Positions 18,605-27,737 of a stretch of 64,000 bases of DNA are shown here, in pieces. A program made the position numbers and the translations under genes. Position 1 is the stretch's first letter. Every line of letters begins with the position of its first letter. Location of the stretch: contig CACOJW010000002.1 in the NCBI GenBank assembly GCA_902627615.1, positions 26,971-90,970 of the forward strand, read 5' to 3'. Below the pieces are notes generated by a model. That model worked only from the letters and a program-made list of their open reading frames with translations. It made no database searches and had not been told where the DNA came from. Source of the DNA: an uncultured marine group III euryarchaeote (lineage in GTDB: Archaea > Thermoplasmatota > Poseidoniia > MGIII > CG-Epi1).

Positions 18605-19443
18605 CCAGCACTCTCCAGGTTTTTAATGTAAATATTGTGTTTTTCTAAATTTTTCTGTATGATATCTATTCGCCCTTCTCTAGCCAAAAATAAAGATCCG
18701 ACGAAAGTACGAACAACACTTGCCTTTTCAGGTCTATCAAGTAAGTCCCCGATGGGAATTGGTTTTCCGTTAAACTCGTTTATTCGTTGCCAAACTTTCT
18801 CTTTGTATTGGCTTGGATCATCATTATGCAACTTTTCACCTAATCTTTCAGCCACTTCATTTAATACAGATTCACGAGCTTCTCTCAATTTCTTTCTTCT
18901 TTCTAATCGTTCTTTACGCTCAGCTTCCATATTTTGAGCGTCTTCTAAAGCGCCTACTAATTCCATCAGGGTCACGCGTCTTTCGCCTTTAAACAATACA
19001 CTTTCATCAATTGGAGGTTCCACACTATCTTCTAATTGTTCAGCATACGTTGGCTCCCATCCAAAATCAAAATCGACCCATTCAGGTTGAGGTTCAGGTA
19101 TTGGCTCAGTTGCTTCTATTGCCCCGTTGGCTCTTAATTTTAGAACATCCCAAGCCCAGCTAAGGACTGAACCTGCTAGTGGTAAATCTAAATCATCTTC
19201 TTTGATGGCATATTTTTGATATTCTTGGATAGTATGTTTAAGATCTAGAGACCAAGGATCTAAACCATGGTCCTTTACAAGCATAAAAAGAAGGGTAACA
19301 CTTCGAGTAAATGGATCTTCTATGGTCGATACTTCAGCAGTATTTCCAGCACCTGATGCAATTTCTATGTATTGATCAATCTTATCAGAATCTACTCCGA
19401 TCATTGCTTTGTGGAATAACAAGTGATTTACGACCTGACTCAA
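18601..19443 (-). CDS. scpA: SMC kleisin ScpA
   Basis: LDPWSLDL N-terminal motif, RRVTLMELVGALE, TFVGSLFLAREGRI C-terminal winged helix; TTG start overlaps the smc stop. Confidence 0.88.
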   Translation of the reverse strand: MSQVVNHLLFHKAMIGVDSDKIDQYIEIASGAGNTAEVSTIEDPFTRSVTLLFMLVKDHGLDPWSLDLKHTIQEYQKYAIKEDDLDLPLAGSVLSWAWDVLKLRANGAIEATEPIPEPQPEWVDFDFGWEPTYAEQLEDSVEPPIDESVLFKGERRVTLMELVGALEDAQNMEAERKERLERRKKLREARESVLNEVAERLGEKLHNDDPSQYKEKVWQRINEFNGKPIPIGDLLDRPEKASVVRTFVGSLFLAREGRIDIIQKNLEKHNIYIKNLESAG

Positions 19444-22400
19444 GCACCCACCTCAGCTTCAACAGGCAGAGTTGATAGGAAAGTTTCAACATCTCTAATT
19501 TGATGCAATCTAGATACTCCATCATCGCCCATAAAGACTCCAATCACATTATCAGATTCCCTTAAGGCTGCGTGGTGTAAACTAACAACTAAGAATTGAG
19601 CAGCATTTGCTTGTAAGGCAATAGCTCTTCCGATGTGTTCAGTATTAACACCATCTAAGTTCTGATCAGGTTCATCGAGTAAGTAGAATGGACTTGGATC
19701 ATACCCTTGAATTGCAAATATAAAAGCCATTGAAACTAGCGATTTTTCACCACCAGACAGGGCTTCTACAGGATATAATTTCTTACGAGGCATTCTTGCT
19801 TTTATTGTTACACCGCCTTCAAACGGAGATTTTTCATTCTCCAAAACAAGCCTTGCTTCGCCACCACCAGTAATTTCCTTGAAAGAAGTTTTGAAACTTT
19901 CACTTATGCTGTTGTATACTCCCATGAATTTGGTTTCTTTTTTATCTGAAATTTTCTTTTCCAAAGTATCCAAGCGCCTTACTTCATCTTTCAGATCTTT
20001 TTTATGTTTCTTAATTTCATCATATCTTTCAGCTTCTTGCCTGTAATGATCCAATGATAACATATTGACATTCCCGAGTCTATTTCGGCTACGGTCTAGT
20101 GATTCCTTCTCAGATTCTAACTTATCTCTACTTGGTACGGTCTGTGGTGTTTTTGTCTTCTCTGGAATGCGGGCTTTTGCTTCTGCTAACTTCGGTTCTC
20201 TTGTTGCTATTTCAACTTTCAAGTCATTCATAGCGTGCTTACGACTTCTGCGAAGTTCTTGTTTTGTAGAGAATTTGCTTCTTAGGTTAGTCAATAAATC
20301 ATGTAGTTCATCACGTTCATCTCTTAAACCTTTCAATTCCTTGAACTTTTCTTGTTCTTCTTTTCTGAGAGATTTCAGAGTTTTACCGAGCTCTTTTACA
20401 TTTTGAGTTTCAACTTTACGTTTTTCTTGAAGTTCTTTCTGTTCTTTTTGATTTAATTCCAAATCACCCTTTAATCTTCCAACTTCAGACTTCATTGCAT
20501 CTACTTTTGCATCTAGTGAGGCCAAAATAGCCTGTTCTGTAGCTAATTCTTCTCTACTTTTGTCTAAGCTAATTTGCATTTCAGCAATAACTTTAGAGGA
20601 CTTTCCATCAGCAACAGCTTGTAAGTTTTCAGTAGCTTTGCTAATCTGTTTTGCACCTTTTTCGATTTCTTTCTCTAGTTTTTCTAATGAATCACTTCTT
20701 TCAAGAATTTCACCTTGTAACGCTTCAATGACTCCCTCACGTGTTTTTACAGCTTCGTTAGCTTCTTCGAGACGTTTCTTTACTTCTTCAGCTCTTCCGT
20801 CATAATCAGTAACTCTGGTCTGGAAAGCAGCTTTTTGACTTTCTAGTTCCTGTCTAGCTGTGGCTAATTTTCCAGCTTCCTCCAACAATTCGCCAAGTTG
20901 GGATGAAAGTAGCAATTTTTCAGTTTCCAATGATCTTATTTGGTTCCTTAATTCATCGATGTTATTTCTTTCAGATGTTCCAAAGTGAATTCCAGTTCTT
21001 GGTGCAGCCCCTCCGACTAAAGCCCCTCCAGCTTCTAGTAATTCGCCTTCAAGAGTCACCATGCGTCCCTTTCCTAAGTGACGCCTTGCTTCAGTTAGAG
21101 TTTTCATAATGACAGTATCTCCAAATACGTTTCCAAAAACATCTTTGTATCGCCCATCAAATTTAACTAAATCTTGTGCAAAACCCAAAGCTTCTTCCTT
21201 TTTCGATATTAGTAAGGCATGAGCGCTCGGTTTGTATGAGTGTACTTTGTTGAGCGGTAAAAATCGAACTCTTCCAATATTATTTTTCTTTAAGAAGTCG
21301 ATAGCAGCGGCAGCAGCACTATCATCTTCAGTTACAATTGATTGCAATCTTGCTCCGGCAGCTACTTCCAATGCCGTAGCATATTTTTCATCAACTCTTC
21401 CTAGTTCAGCAATTGTTCCAATTATTCCTCTTAGTTGGCCATTATCTCTACACTGTAATAATGCTTGAACGCCCTTTGCATATCCTCCAAATTCTTCTCT
21501 TGCTCTTTGAGCAGCTTCTTGGGAGGCTAACTTCATCGAATCGTTTCTTAAATCCGATTCAATTTTTGTTATTTTCTTTTGGTGAGATTCAATTGTTTTA
21601 AGCGTGGAACTGTGTTTCTCTTTAATTTTCTCTAAATTCTTTGCAGCAGATTTATTGCCAACTTCTAAATCTTTCAGTTGGAAATCAGCTTCTTTTGCAT
21701 CAGTTTCAATAGATTCAAACCATTGCTTAGATCGAACTAGCTGTTCTTCGGCATTTTTTAATTGAATTTCTAGCTGTTCTTTTTCACCCTCAAGTCGATG
21801 TCTTTGCATTTCTAGTTCTCCAGCATCTTTTCTGAGTTTTTCTAACTCTTCCCGTTGAGAGGATACAGCTTCAGAATCATTAACGGCATTACCTTCTAGC
21901 TCATTTAATCTTGCAATTTTTGCATTAACTTTACTATCTAATTTTTTTACTTTTTTCTTACCTTTTTCTAAGTTTAAGGTTAAATTTTTCAATTCTTTTG
22001 ACGAATGTTTATGGTCGCCGTTTAGTCTTTTTCTTTCATTTTCTAGAGATTCTAGTTCCTCACGAGCGCTTTCGGCATTTCTCTCGGCAACAGCGTGTGC
22101 AACTCTTGTTTTGTCTAATTCTTCTTGCAATTCTCTAGCTTTATTTCCGCCAGAAACAGCAATATTATTTTCAACATCTTTGAATTTCTCTTGAGCTTCT
22201 TCAATATCGGCTTTTCTTTTATTTTGTTCTTTCTCTAATGTTTCTAATTCTTTAGTATAAGTTTGAACTACTTCTCTTCTAGATTCTATTTCCGCTTCAT
22301 AATCGAATACAGTTCTAAATTTTAGTAATAGTTCATTTTCTTTGATTTCTTCTATTATTTTCTCTAATTTTTCTGCTGCTTCCTTTTCTCTTTCGAGTTG

Positions 22401-23027
22401 TGCTAGAGTTCTTTTAGACTCTTTAGCGCGTTCATTGAGTAAAGTTAGGTCTGCTTCTACAGAATTACGGGCACTTCTTGTACTTCTAAGTCTAGTATCA
22501 TAAGCAGTGATTCCTGCAACATCCTCTATTTTTCTTCTCCTTTCAGTGCCAGACATCAAAGATGTTTGGATTACGTCTCCCTGTTGAATTATGTTATAAC
22601 CGGTTGCATAAAGTCCGGCCCTTGAGAATAAAGCTTCAAATTCACCGGCTGATGATTTTATTCCATCAAGTAGATAATAGGTAACGGTATCTTTTCCTCT
22701 TAAACGAATTCCTTTGGTAAACGTTACTTGATCCTTTTCAATCGCTAAGAATCTATCACTATTGTCAAATACCATTGAGACTTTGCAAGATTTTGGTCCA
22801 GTTTTCTTCTTACTACCTTCTTGAAATCCATGAATAAGTTGTTTTAATTTTCTAGCTCTAAGTAATTTTGTCGAACGTGATCCAAGTATGAAAAGTATAG
22901 CATCAGTTATGTTTGATTTACCGGAACCATTTGGTCCAGTTATACAGGTAAACCCTGGTCCGAGAGGGACGGTAACGTGGCCTTTGAAAGATTTAAAATT
23001 CTCGAACTCAAGTTCGAGAAGCCTCAA
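19440..23027 (-). CDS. smc: Chromosome segregation ATPase SMC
   Basis: ENFKSF, GPNGSGKSN Walker A, IIQQG Q-loop, coiled coils, hinge (GTIAELG...GRMVTLEG), LSGGEKS signature, LLDEPD Walker B; TTG start with GGAGG upstream. Confidence 0.97.
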   Translation of the reverse strand: MRLLELEFENFKSFKGHVTVPLGPGFTCITGPNGSGKSNITDAILFILGSRSTKLLRARKLKQLIHGFQEGSKKKTGPKSCKVSMVFDNSDRFLAIEKDQVTFTKGIRLRGKDTVTYYLLDGIKSSAGEFEALFSRAGLYATGYNIIQQGDVIQTSLMSGTERRRKIEDVAGITAYDTRLRSTRSARNSVEADLTLLNERAKESKRTLAQLEREKEAAEKLEKIIEEIKENELLLKFRTVFDYEAEIESRREVVQTYTKELETLEKEQNKRKADIEEAQEKFKDVENNIAVSGGNKARELQEELDKTRVAHAVAERNAESAREELESLENERKRLNGDHKHSSKELKNLTLNLEKGKKKVKKLDSKVNAKIARLNELEGNAVNDSEAVSSQREELEKLRKDAGELEMQRHRLEGEKEQLEIQLKNAEEQLVRSKQWFESIETDAKEADFQLKDLEVGNKSAAKNLEKIKEKHSSTLKTIESHQKKITKIESDLRNDSMKLASQEAAQRAREEFGGYAKGVQALLQCRDNGQLRGIIGTIAELGRVDEKYATALEVAAGARLQSIVTEDDSAAAAAIDFLKKNNIGRVRFLPLNKVHSYKPSAHALLISKKEEALGFAQDLVKFDGRYKDVFGNVFGDTVIMKTLTEARRHLGKGRMVTLEGELLEAGGALVGGAAPRTGIHFGTSERNNIDELRNQIRSLETEKLLLSSQLGELLEEAGKLATARQELESQKAAFQTRVTDYDGRAEEVKKRLEEANEAVKTREGVIEALQGEILERSDSLEKLEKEIEKGAKQISKATENLQAVADGKSSKVIAEMQISLDKSREELATEQAILASLDAKVDAMKSEVGRLKGDLELNQKEQKELQEKRKVETQNVKELGKTLKSLRKEEQEKFKELKGLRDERDELHDLLTNLRSKFSTKQELRRSRKHAMNDLKVEIATREPKLAEAKARIPEKTKTPQTVPSRDKLESEKESLDRSRNRLGNVNMLSLDHYRQEAERYDEIKKHKKDLKDEVRRLDTLEKKISDKKETKFMGVYNSISESFKTSFKEITGGGEARLVLENEKSPFEGGVTIKARMPRKKLYPVEALSGGEKSLVSMAFIFAIQGYDPSPFYLLDEPDQNLDGVNTEHIGRAIALQANAAQFLVVSLHHAALRESDNVIGVFMGDDGVSRLHQIRDVETFLSTLPVEAEVGA

Positions 23028-24023
23028 TCAGAAGGCCTCCAGTTGAGCTTGGCGGGGTGAAAGCCGCATAGAATCTTTGCCGCCCTCAACGCTAGGCCCA
23101 TGTTGCCTTTTGTACGCTTTCCAGAAGCTTTTGATAAGCTTTGTTCGATCCCCACGGTCGCCTGCTACTAAACCGGATAAATAAATTGAACGGTCCTCCT
23201 TTTGCCATGCAGTAGCTGACAAACCGGCCCGAATTAACATTCCATCTAGGATTAATCTACCAACTAAACCATTACCAGATTCAAACGGTCTAACTTGCTG
23301 GAATCTATGGTGGAAAAGTATTGCCCTTTCAAATGGATGTAACGGTGAGGGATCGTGCCACCACTGCAACAATCCTTCAAGCTCATCCTCAATTAGAATT
23401 GAAGGTGGAGGCATGAAAGCGGAACCAGGCAAGCTTGCAGATTCCTCTCTAAGTATTCCGCCTTTTCCAGTACCTTCGAATAGGTCTTGATGTAATTTTA
23501 GAATAGTTCTTTTGTCAAGTCTGGCGATTCTATCAGTAATTTCATCATTTAATCTTCTAAGCGATAATGCTTCTAGAACTTTTGAAAGTGGCACTCCTGT
23601 TGGAGCTCTATCTTGTTCAAAGATTGATTGCACGTTATCGATAGACAAAGGAGCCGAGGAAAGAGCCATAGTTCCATTTACGTTTAATACACTATTTCGT
23701 GCATTAGTAACGCTTCTTTGCTCCGGAGATTCTAGTCTGTGCATGGCCCGATTAAGGAATCTCATTCGTTCCAAACCAAGTAAAGCAGATTTATCTAAGT
23801 AGGGAGTTCTGTAAGTTTCAGAAGACATAATGGCCATTCTTTCAATTGCAGCCAGTTCTAAATCTATGGTATATTGTTGCTTTAGTTGCTCTAACTCAGT
23901 TTCGTTTGGTTCGTCTGAACCAAGGTATTGTTGTACCTTTTCGACGCGACCATCATATTTGAAAGACTTAACGAGATAATAGTATTGCTGACCTCGAGTC
24001 GTCTTTCTTGTTAGATATACCAT
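23028..24023 (-). CDS. Fic/Fido-fold protein with a degenerate catalytic motif and an N-terminal basic beta-rich domain
   Basis: LHPFERAILFHHRFQQVRPFESGNGLVGRL versus canonical HPFx(D/E)GNGRxxR; G.LR and PP Fido landmarks. Likely start is MVYL at 24023 (the track start is 24047). Confidence 0.85.
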   Translation of the reverse strand: MVYLTRKTTRGQQYYYLVKSFKYDGRVEKVQQYLGSDEPNETELEQLKQQYTIDLELAAIERMAIMSSETYRTPYLDKSALLGLERMRFLNRAMHRLESPEQRSVTNARNSVLNVNGTMALSSAPLSIDNVQSIFEQDRAPTGVPLSKVLEALSLRRLNDEITDRIARLDKRTILKLHQDLFEGTGKGGILREESASLPGSAFMPPPSILIEDELEGLLQWWHDPSPLHPFERAILFHHRFQQVRPFESGNGLVGRLILDGMLIRAGLSATAWQKEDRSIYLSGLVAGDRGDRTKLIKSFWKAYKRQHGPSVEGGKDSMRLSPRQAQLEAF

Positions 24024-24187
24024 TGTAATGCAATGCATTGGTTCCACCTTTTAAAGATTTACTACGGAAGTGTTTCTCTTAAAAAACGCACATTACCCAC
24101 TTATTTAGTAGTAACAAAAGAAGGTGGAACACAACACACAAACCAGTCCCCGTTTTAATGTTTTATAGACGAGGCCTATAGTGAAAT

Positions 24188-24577
24188 ATGGTAATGGTTT
24201 TGTTTGTATGTACTGGGAATGCAGCGCGTTCTCAAATGGCAGAAGGATGGCTGAAAAATCTTAATTCAGACGTTAGTGTAATAAGCGCAGGTACTAAACC
24301 AGAAGGAGTCAGTAAAATTGCGATAAAGGTTATGAAAGAAATAGGTATAGATATTTCAGATCATACTTCAGATAATTTAAACGATGTCGATTGGCAAGGT
24401 GCAGATTTCGCAATAACTCTTTGTGGTTCAGCCAATGAAACTTGTGTTTCTATGCCGTGGCCAGAAACTTGTAAAAGATTGCATTGGCCAATTAAAGATC
24501 CAGTATCAGAAGACGAGTACAGAAATGCTAGAGATGAAATTAAACAAAAAATAAATAATTTCTTAATAAGTCTTTAG
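24188..24577 (+). CDS. arsC: Thioredoxin-coupled arsenate reductase (LMWP family)
   Basis: FVCTGNAARSQMAEG P-loop, SAGT, ITLC...ETC redox cysteines, HWPIKDP. Confidence 0.85.
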   Translation: MVMVLFVCTGNAARSQMAEGWLKNLNSDVSVISAGTKPEGVSKIAIKVMKEIGIDISDHTSDNLNDVDWQGADFAITLCGSANETCVSMPWPETCKRLHWPIKDPVSEDEYRNARDEIKQKINNFLISL

Positions 24578-24674
24578 ATGTTCGGATTTTAGAAATATCA
24601 ATAGAATATAAAGATAGTATAGAAAGCCGAACTTCATTTCGTTAAAAGACGAACCTAATTTCTTTGATTATTTT

Positions 24675-24695
24675 TCTTTTGTCGTCGACAAAAGA
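24675..24695. promoter_or_regulatory. Perfect 21-bp palindrome TCTTTTGTCG-T-CGACAAAAGA
   Basis: 10-bp arms with a 1-nt spacer, about 87 bp upstream of the ABC substrate-binding gene. Confidence 0.55.
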
Positions 24696-24781
24696 TTAAA
24701 GATAGAGCTTCTTAATGGCATAAGATTCTGCATATAACGAAATAAGTAGTGTTAAATACAGTCTCAAGAAATAACTAGTTT

Positions 24782-25921
24782 ATGAAGCAAATCTACGCGC
24801 TAATAGTAATGCTCATGATGGCAAGCGTAGCCTTTACAGGCTGTGTAAGCGACGACGGAGATGCAGATGACACAACTGTAGATGATACTACAGGTGATAC
24901 AACTGTTGAACCGGTAGGAGAGGAAGCCAAGAGCACTCTCGATGTAATCATTGAACGCGGATCATTGAAATGTGGAATCAAGACAAGCCAATTTGGTATG
25001 GGATATCTTGATTCAGATACTGGTGTTTACTCAGGTCTAGATGTTGAATACTGCCGAGCAGTAGCTGCAGCTATTGGACTAAACCCAGATGAAAACATTG
25101 AATACGTAGTAGCAAGTGCAGGTGACAGATTCACCAAGCTAGCAGACAAAGAAATTGACGTTTTAATCAGAACCACGACCTGGACAACCAGCCGTGACGC
25201 AGACTTGAACGCAGATTTCGCAGGAATTAATTTCTATGATGGTCAAGGAATGTTGGTCAACACAGGTGCTCACGCTGATGCAGATTCAATTATGGATTTG
25301 GACGGAGCTAAAGTTTGTACAACAACTGGAACCACAACAGAAGGTAACCTAGCAGATTATTTCACAACCAATGGTCTCACTTACGATGTTGTAGGTGTTG
25401 CAGATGATGGTCAAGCAATGGAAAAATTCAAAGCAGAAGACTGTACTGCATGGACTGGTGACATGTCTAACATGGTTGCTCAACAATGGGCAGTTGGAAA
25501 CGACGCAAATGTTACTTTTGGAATGGCAATTATGCCTGAACTACTATCAAAAGAACCTTTAGGTGCAGCAACTCGTGATAACGATGCAGACTGGAACGAA
25601 GTAGTCACTTGGGTATGGTATGGTATGTTGACAGCAGAAGAACTAGGTGTTGACAGCTCTAATTACGGAGATCAAGACATGGAAAATCCAGCTTACAGCA
25701 GATTGTTGAATAACAATCTTGGTCTAGGAACCGAAGCTAATCCATTATCAGCCACATGGATGCAAGATGTGCTAAATCATGTAGGAAACTACCATGAAGC
25801 ATACGATAAGTCATTCTGTGACGGTGATGGAACTATGGCTAACTGTCTAGTAGACAGAGCTGGCACAATGAACGCACCTTACTGGGAAGGCGGACTACAA
25901 TACGCCCCACCAATGAGGTAA
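24782..25921 (+). CDS. aapJ: General L-amino acid ABC transporter substrate-binding lipoprotein (AapJ/BztA family)
   Basis: FTGC lipobox; RGSLKCG, GLDVEYCRAVAAA, TTWTTSRD, FYDGQG, SKEPLG, VGNY, GGLQYAPPMR. Confidence 0.92.
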   Translation: MKQIYALIVMLMMASVAFTGCVSDDGDADDTTVDDTTGDTTVEPVGEEAKSTLDVIIERGSLKCGIKTSQFGMGYLDSDTGVYSGLDVEYCRAVAAAIGLNPDENIEYVVASAGDRFTKLADKEIDVLIRTTTWTTSRDADLNADFAGINFYDGQGMLVNTGAHADADSIMDLDGAKVCTTTGTTTEGNLADYFTTNGLTYDVVGVADDGQAMEKFKAEDCTAWTGDMSNMVAQQWAVGNDANVTFGMAIMPELLSKEPLGAATRDNDADWNEVVTWVWYGMLTAEELGVDSSNYGDQDMENPAYSRLLNNNLGLGTEANPLSATWMQDVLNHVGNYHEAYDKSFCDGDGTMANCLVDRAGTMNAPYWEGGLQYAPPMR

Positions 25922-25953
25922 AGTTCTAAGAGCTAACTAAAAACTAAGTAGAA

Positions 25954-25984
25954 GGGAACTCCGGGATTTATTCCCGGGGTTTCC
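25954..25984 (+). terminator. GC-rich stem-loop between the substrate-binding gene and the permease genes
   Basis: GGGAACTCCGGGA-TTTAT-TCCCGGGGTTTCC, a 13-bp stem including two G-U pairs. Confidence 0.65.
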
Positions 25985-26015
25985 AACATATACTCCTTTC
26001 TCGTAGGAGAAATGA

Positions 26016-27737
26016 ATGGAAAAACAAAATATCGATAAATTTAAGATTTCTAAATATTCTTTGTCGGATTTTTTACCATATGGCAGTTTTATTCTTTTAT
26101 ATTTTTTTATATCTAATATTTTTTTAGATTTAACCTTTCTAAACCTAACGCCAAATCGTCTTGAGGCTTTAGATCTTCCTTTCTATGTAGAATCTTCATC
26201 TGTTAACCTGGTTTCAGATATATTTTCAGCAATAATTAGTATATTTCTTGCAATAGGAATGTATATGCTACAAAAAGGAACTTTATCTCCGAACAGAACA
26301 GATATAGGCATTCAAGTTTTAGCAACAATTGCTTTTCTTCCAGTAGTATCATATTTCTTTTTACATGTGATGTGGTTAAGACAAACAGACTCTTCATGGG
26401 AGTTTGATTTCAGCCTAATGGATGAGGCCGCAGGGTGGCAAATTTCGAATGAATGGCCTTTTGAAACTAAACTTCAAGATCCAAGATGGAAATTCTACCA
26501 AGTTGGCGTTATCAATTCGGTGAGAGTTGTAATATTTAGCATTTTCTTTAGTACAATTCTTGGAGTTATAGTTGGTGTCCTAAGACTTTCTAAAAACAAA
26601 CTTTTATCAAATTTAGCTAAGATCTATGTAGATTTATTTAGAAACGTTCCTTTAGTAGCTCAGTTATTTTTTGTATCAGTTTGGTTTTTAACAACACTCG
26701 AACCTTTTAGAGAGGTTCAAAATAATAATTTTTTGGGTTGGTTTTATTGGAGCAATAGGGGGTTCGTTTTTCCCCACCTTGAATTTTCTAATACCTTATT
26801 CTTTTTCTTAGCTATAATTCTGATACTTGGATCTCGGATTTATTTTAGGTTTACAGAAAGAATACCAGTATCCAACCAGAATTCTCCAGCCTTCTCACTA
26901 AAAAGACCTCTTATTGGCCTAGGATCCCAAAAAGAGCCAATTGTTGTAGATATGCTGTATTCGTTTTCTCTAATCTCCATAATTTACAGTGTTTTCAAGG
27001 TAGTATCTTGGGATTACAAATTCACTTTAAGCGGATTGATTTCTTGGTCAGATTCTTATTCAATTTTTGTTTTCAGCTCTTTATTATTGGCTTTATCAAT
27101 GCGTTATAATCGAAAACTTGATGAGGACGGGTTGAACAAATTTACAGATAGTCAGATTCTCATTTTTCAAGTAAATCCTCTACACATAAGATTAGTCATT
27201 TTTATCTTATCAACTATTCTAATATATCTTTCCTTATCCATCGAAAAACCAAATTTAATTACTGAGGAAAATGGTGAAGAATTATCGTGGGGCAGATGGG
27301 AGTTTCAAGAAGGAACATTTGAGGATGTATCTTCCGTCTTTTTAGTTTTGATGATAGGACTTACACTTTACACCTCAGCACAAATCTCAGAAGTAGTTAG
27401 AGGCAGCATCCAAGCACTTCCAGTAGGTCAAGTTGAGGCATCTATTTCATTAGGCCTTTCATCTTACCAAAGATTAACTCTAGTTATTCTTCCACAAGCA
27501 CTTAGAAGTATGATCCCTTCTTTAACAAATCAATATCTTAACTGTTGGAAAAATTCTAGTTTAGCGATTCTCATAGGTTTTTCTGATTTTTATGCGATAT
27601 TGACTAATGTCGTTAATAATGCAGGTCATGCCGTTGCGATATTTGCTATCATTCTACTTACATATCAAGCAGGAAGTTTAGTCATTTCAACAATTATGAA
27701 TGATATTAATCAAAATGTGACAAAGGTGAAAATATGA
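26016..27737 (+). CDS. aapQ: Amino acid ABC transporter permease (AapQ/BztB family), enlarged
   Basis: GVLRLSKN, YVDLFRNVPL, SNRG, EVVRGSIQALPVGQVEA EAA loop, KNSSLA. Confidence 0.85.
   Translation: MEKQNIDKFKISKYSLSDFLPYGSFILLYFFISNIFLDLTFLNLTPNRLEALDLPFYVESSSVNLVSDIFSAIISIFLAIGMYMLQKGTLSPNRTDIGIQVLATIAFLPVVSYFFLHVMWLRQTDSSWEFDFSLMDEAAGWQISNEWPFETKLQDPRWKFYQVGVINSVRVVIFSIFFSTILGVIVGVLRLSKNKLLSNLAKIYVDLFRNVPLVAQLFFVSVWFLTTLEPFREVQNNNFLGWFYWSNRGFVFPHLEFSNTLFFFLAIILILGSRIYFRFTERIPVSNQNSPAFSLKRPLIGLGSQKEPIVVDMLYSFSLISIIYSVFKVVSWDYKFTLSGLISWSDSYSIFVFSSLLLALSMRYNRKLDEDGLNKFTDSQILIFQVNPLHIRLVIFILSTILIYLSLSIEKPNLITEENGEELSWGRWEFQEGTFEDVSSVFLVLMIGLTLYTSAQISEVVRGSIQALPVGQVEASISLGLSSYQRLTLVILPQALRSMIPSLTNQYLNCWKNSSLAILIGFSDFYAILTNVVNNAGHAVAIFAIILLTYQAGSLVISTIMNDINQNVTKVKI

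Noticed and set aside
19650..19690. Inactive SMC because the D-loop reads DEPDQNLD rather than DEVDAALD
   Set aside because: The Walker B Asp-Glu and D-loop Leu-Asp are retained along with Walker A and the signature motif; this is within plausible family variation.
23900..24023. IS1634-like transposase suggested by the YYYLVKSFKYDGRVEK...YLG N-terminus
   Set aside because: No DDE domain follows; the segment is fused to a Fido domain, and no terminal inverted repeats enclose the gene.
18107..24047. Wadjet/MksBEFG-type anti-plasmid SMC defence system
   Set aside because: The SMC is full-length with a canonical hinge and typical ScpA/ScpB. No JetD/MksG Toprim nuclease is present. This is housekeeping condensin.
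24188..24577. Arsenic-resistance operon (arsC with the ArsB/NhaD permease)
   Set aside because: The permease is about 34 kb away, its family has broad specificity, and no arsR is adjacent.
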